Shown piece after piece: positions 61,906-64,000 of a DNA stretch of 64,000 bases (positions are counted from its first letter, which is position 1; every line of letters starts with the position of its first letter). The position numbers and the translations under genes are program-made. The stretch is from assembly GCF_006345805.1 (NCBI RefSeq), contig NC_043010.1:29636001-29700000 (forward strand), written 5' to 3'. Under the pieces are notes generated by a model. It saw only the letters and a program-made list of their open reading frames with translations, had not been told where the DNA came from and searched no databases. Source of the stretch: Octopus sinensis. Taxonomy: Eukaryota.

Positions 61906-63097
61906 GATATATATATATATCAAGGGTTTAACAGAAAGAACACAACAAAGTGAAAAAGTTAGACAAAAGCAGAGCAAACAGGCAAAGACACGATACACGC
62001 AATATAGTTGATTTTTCCTCATCAGCTAATGACCCAAAGTATCATAGTGATTTCGTGCCATTTACCATTGAGACCACTCAGTTTTAGAGACGCCAGAGCT
62101 CTTATTAAGCTTCTGAGAAAAAGCTAGCAAATGTATACTAAGACAGAAACAGAGAAGACATTGTATAAATACAACAAAGAATTATGCATTCAATTCCACT
62201 GTGTGGCACCTTGGACAAGTGTCTTCTACTATAGCCTCAGGCCAACTAAAGTCTTGTAAGTGGATTTGGTAATGAAAACTTAAAGCAGTCCAGTGTGTGT
62301 ATCTTTGTCCCTCACCACTGATTGGTTTGTTTACATCTCTGTAACTTAGCAGTTCAGCAAACAAGACCAACAGAATAAGTACAAGACTTTAAAAAATTAG
62401 GTACTGGGATCAATTAATTCTACTAAAATTTCTCCAAGGCAATGCTCCAGCATGACCAGTCTAATGACTGAAACAAGGAAGATAAAATATATATATATGT
62501 CTGTGTATGTCTCACACACACAGACAATCTGTTCCTGACAATCCTCTTCCTCACACCATATCTTGCAAGCACCCCCTCCTTCATCCATCTATGCTCTCCA
62601 TCTGCTGTACTCCCATCCCATTCCCTCTATGTCTAAATCACCCGTTGCCTCCCACTCTCCTTTTGCAATCCTGTGAACTTACCCACCCATTTACCTTATC
62701 CAATCCTTGGTCCCACTTTATATACACCTCACTGTAACTTGAGTGTACCCCTCTCACCACCACCACTGTCACATCTCTCTCTCTCTCCCCAAACTTCCCC
62801 TTCCTCTCTCCTGCAGAGGCGGCCATGTATCTCCTTTCCTACCAACTGAAACACCTGGTACAAAACCAACTTCCTCAATACTACTTCCCCACCCTCAGAT
62901 GAGAGGTCTTGTCTTGTAGATTATTTGGTGACCTCACTGATGTTGGTGCCACGTAAAAAGCACCCCCATACACTATGTAAAGTGGTTGGTGTTAGGCAGG
63001 GTATCCAACCATACAAAACATGGCAAAACAGACTCCCATGCCAGCATAGAAAACGCACGTTAAATGACCATCACACACACAGAGGTGGGGCGAAATT

Positions 63098-64000
63098 AGT
63101 TACCTGAAGACGATTGAAAAATATACGTAATGAAAGGCACTAAGAAAAACAGAAACTAGTATAAATACGAAATTTACAATAAAGTATTGAAACTACTCCG
63201 GCAATAACTAACTTAAATATAGTTATACTCGCGGCAGATTTGAACTCAAGAGTATCGAATTCCTTATTCAATTGGCTGATTAGTTTTCATTATGACCGTA
63301 TTCGCGCGCGTGCATTTGTGTGTGCACGTATATATTGTGTGTATTATACATTCTTGTGTGTGTGTACTACAGAGAGAGCGAGGACAGGTATTCACTATAA
63401 TGGTTGCCAAAAGATTACACAACAGGTCTACTCCAAAGGAAAACTTCTATAACATTTGGCGATAGACAGGGAGTGGTTTGAAAACAACTTAATCACACAA
63501 AGTGGATACAAATATGACCTAATACGTCACCCGATAAACTTTATGGAAGAAAAAAAATTAACGTGATATGGGTGGAGGGATAATTGCGCCCATCACTGAT
63601 CTTATCACGACCGTCACCGCCAGCACGTGCCTCTTAGCAACAATTAAATCGACGTGATTAATAGTTCATGGATCCACAGGAAAAAGGTGAAGAAAAGTTA
63701 GGTTATTTAAGATGCAGAAGAGGCGGTTTAATTCGAGATAGTTGCATAAATAAATGTATAGATACGAGAATCATTATTTTCTCCAAGTAATATAGATATG
63801 TCGTACTTGAATGACTCATAGGAATTCCAAAAAGAAAATAAGGTGAATGGTCATTCATATAAATGACGATTTCTTAATTGACACAATAAACTATTGTAAG
63901 AAAACCAATATGTAAATTAGTTCACATTGACACACGCATACACACTTGCGACACAGTGACAAACACTTGAATCTTCTCTGTACATCCACTATTTCTTTTC
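63098..64000 (-). promoter_or_regulatory. CpG-retaining region, candidate promoter and first exon of ZNF-B
   Basis: About 30 CpG in 63.1-64.0 kb versus about 6 in 52.2-54.6 kb (hand count); CCAAT on the minus strand near 63270; minus-strand CAG|GTAACT at 63104/63103. Confidence 0.4.

Noticed and set aside
62805-62865. CTGCAGA...GAAAC-acctg-GTA
   Set aside because: A6 is mutated and stems I and II are absent; not supportable as a ribozyme.

Overview
AT-rich, microsatellite-dense eukaryotic DNA. The SINE, RTE and Penelope repeat content and the zinc-finger genes fit an octopod cephalopod (Octopus); this is an inference from recalled repeat families, not a database match. Two paralogous C2H2 zinc-finger genes face each other across about 40 kb: ZNF-A at 7843-10281 (+, 12 fingers, the first degenerate) and ZNF-B at 52087-50099 (-, 10 fingers plus one isolated atypical finger). 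Each has its whole ORF in one exon behind a splice acceptor. The rest is SINEs, decayed LINEs, a Tc1 pseudogene, MITEs and a non-autonomous Helitron. Three observations stand out. (1) Both proteins share a C-terminal aromatic motif outside the fingers ([LF]QPxA...S-x-YL-x2-M-x3-W-x-S-x-Y-x-WSRGFP), a candidate lineage-specific effector module that I do not recognise. (2) Nearly all fingers use the same Q(-1)/N(+3)/N(+6) recognition code, which predicts (NAA/NCA)n trinucleotide-repeat targets. (3) Short Penelope-derived inserts, mostly in (AT)n tracts, carry minimal type I hammerhead ribozymes with four different cores (CUGAUGA, CUGAAGA, CCGACGA and a compensatory G3:C8 GUGAACA). Several are back-to-back inverted pairs, and three share a 3' tail stem-loop. 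All folds and counts were done by eye, and the boundaries of degenerate repeats are approximate.
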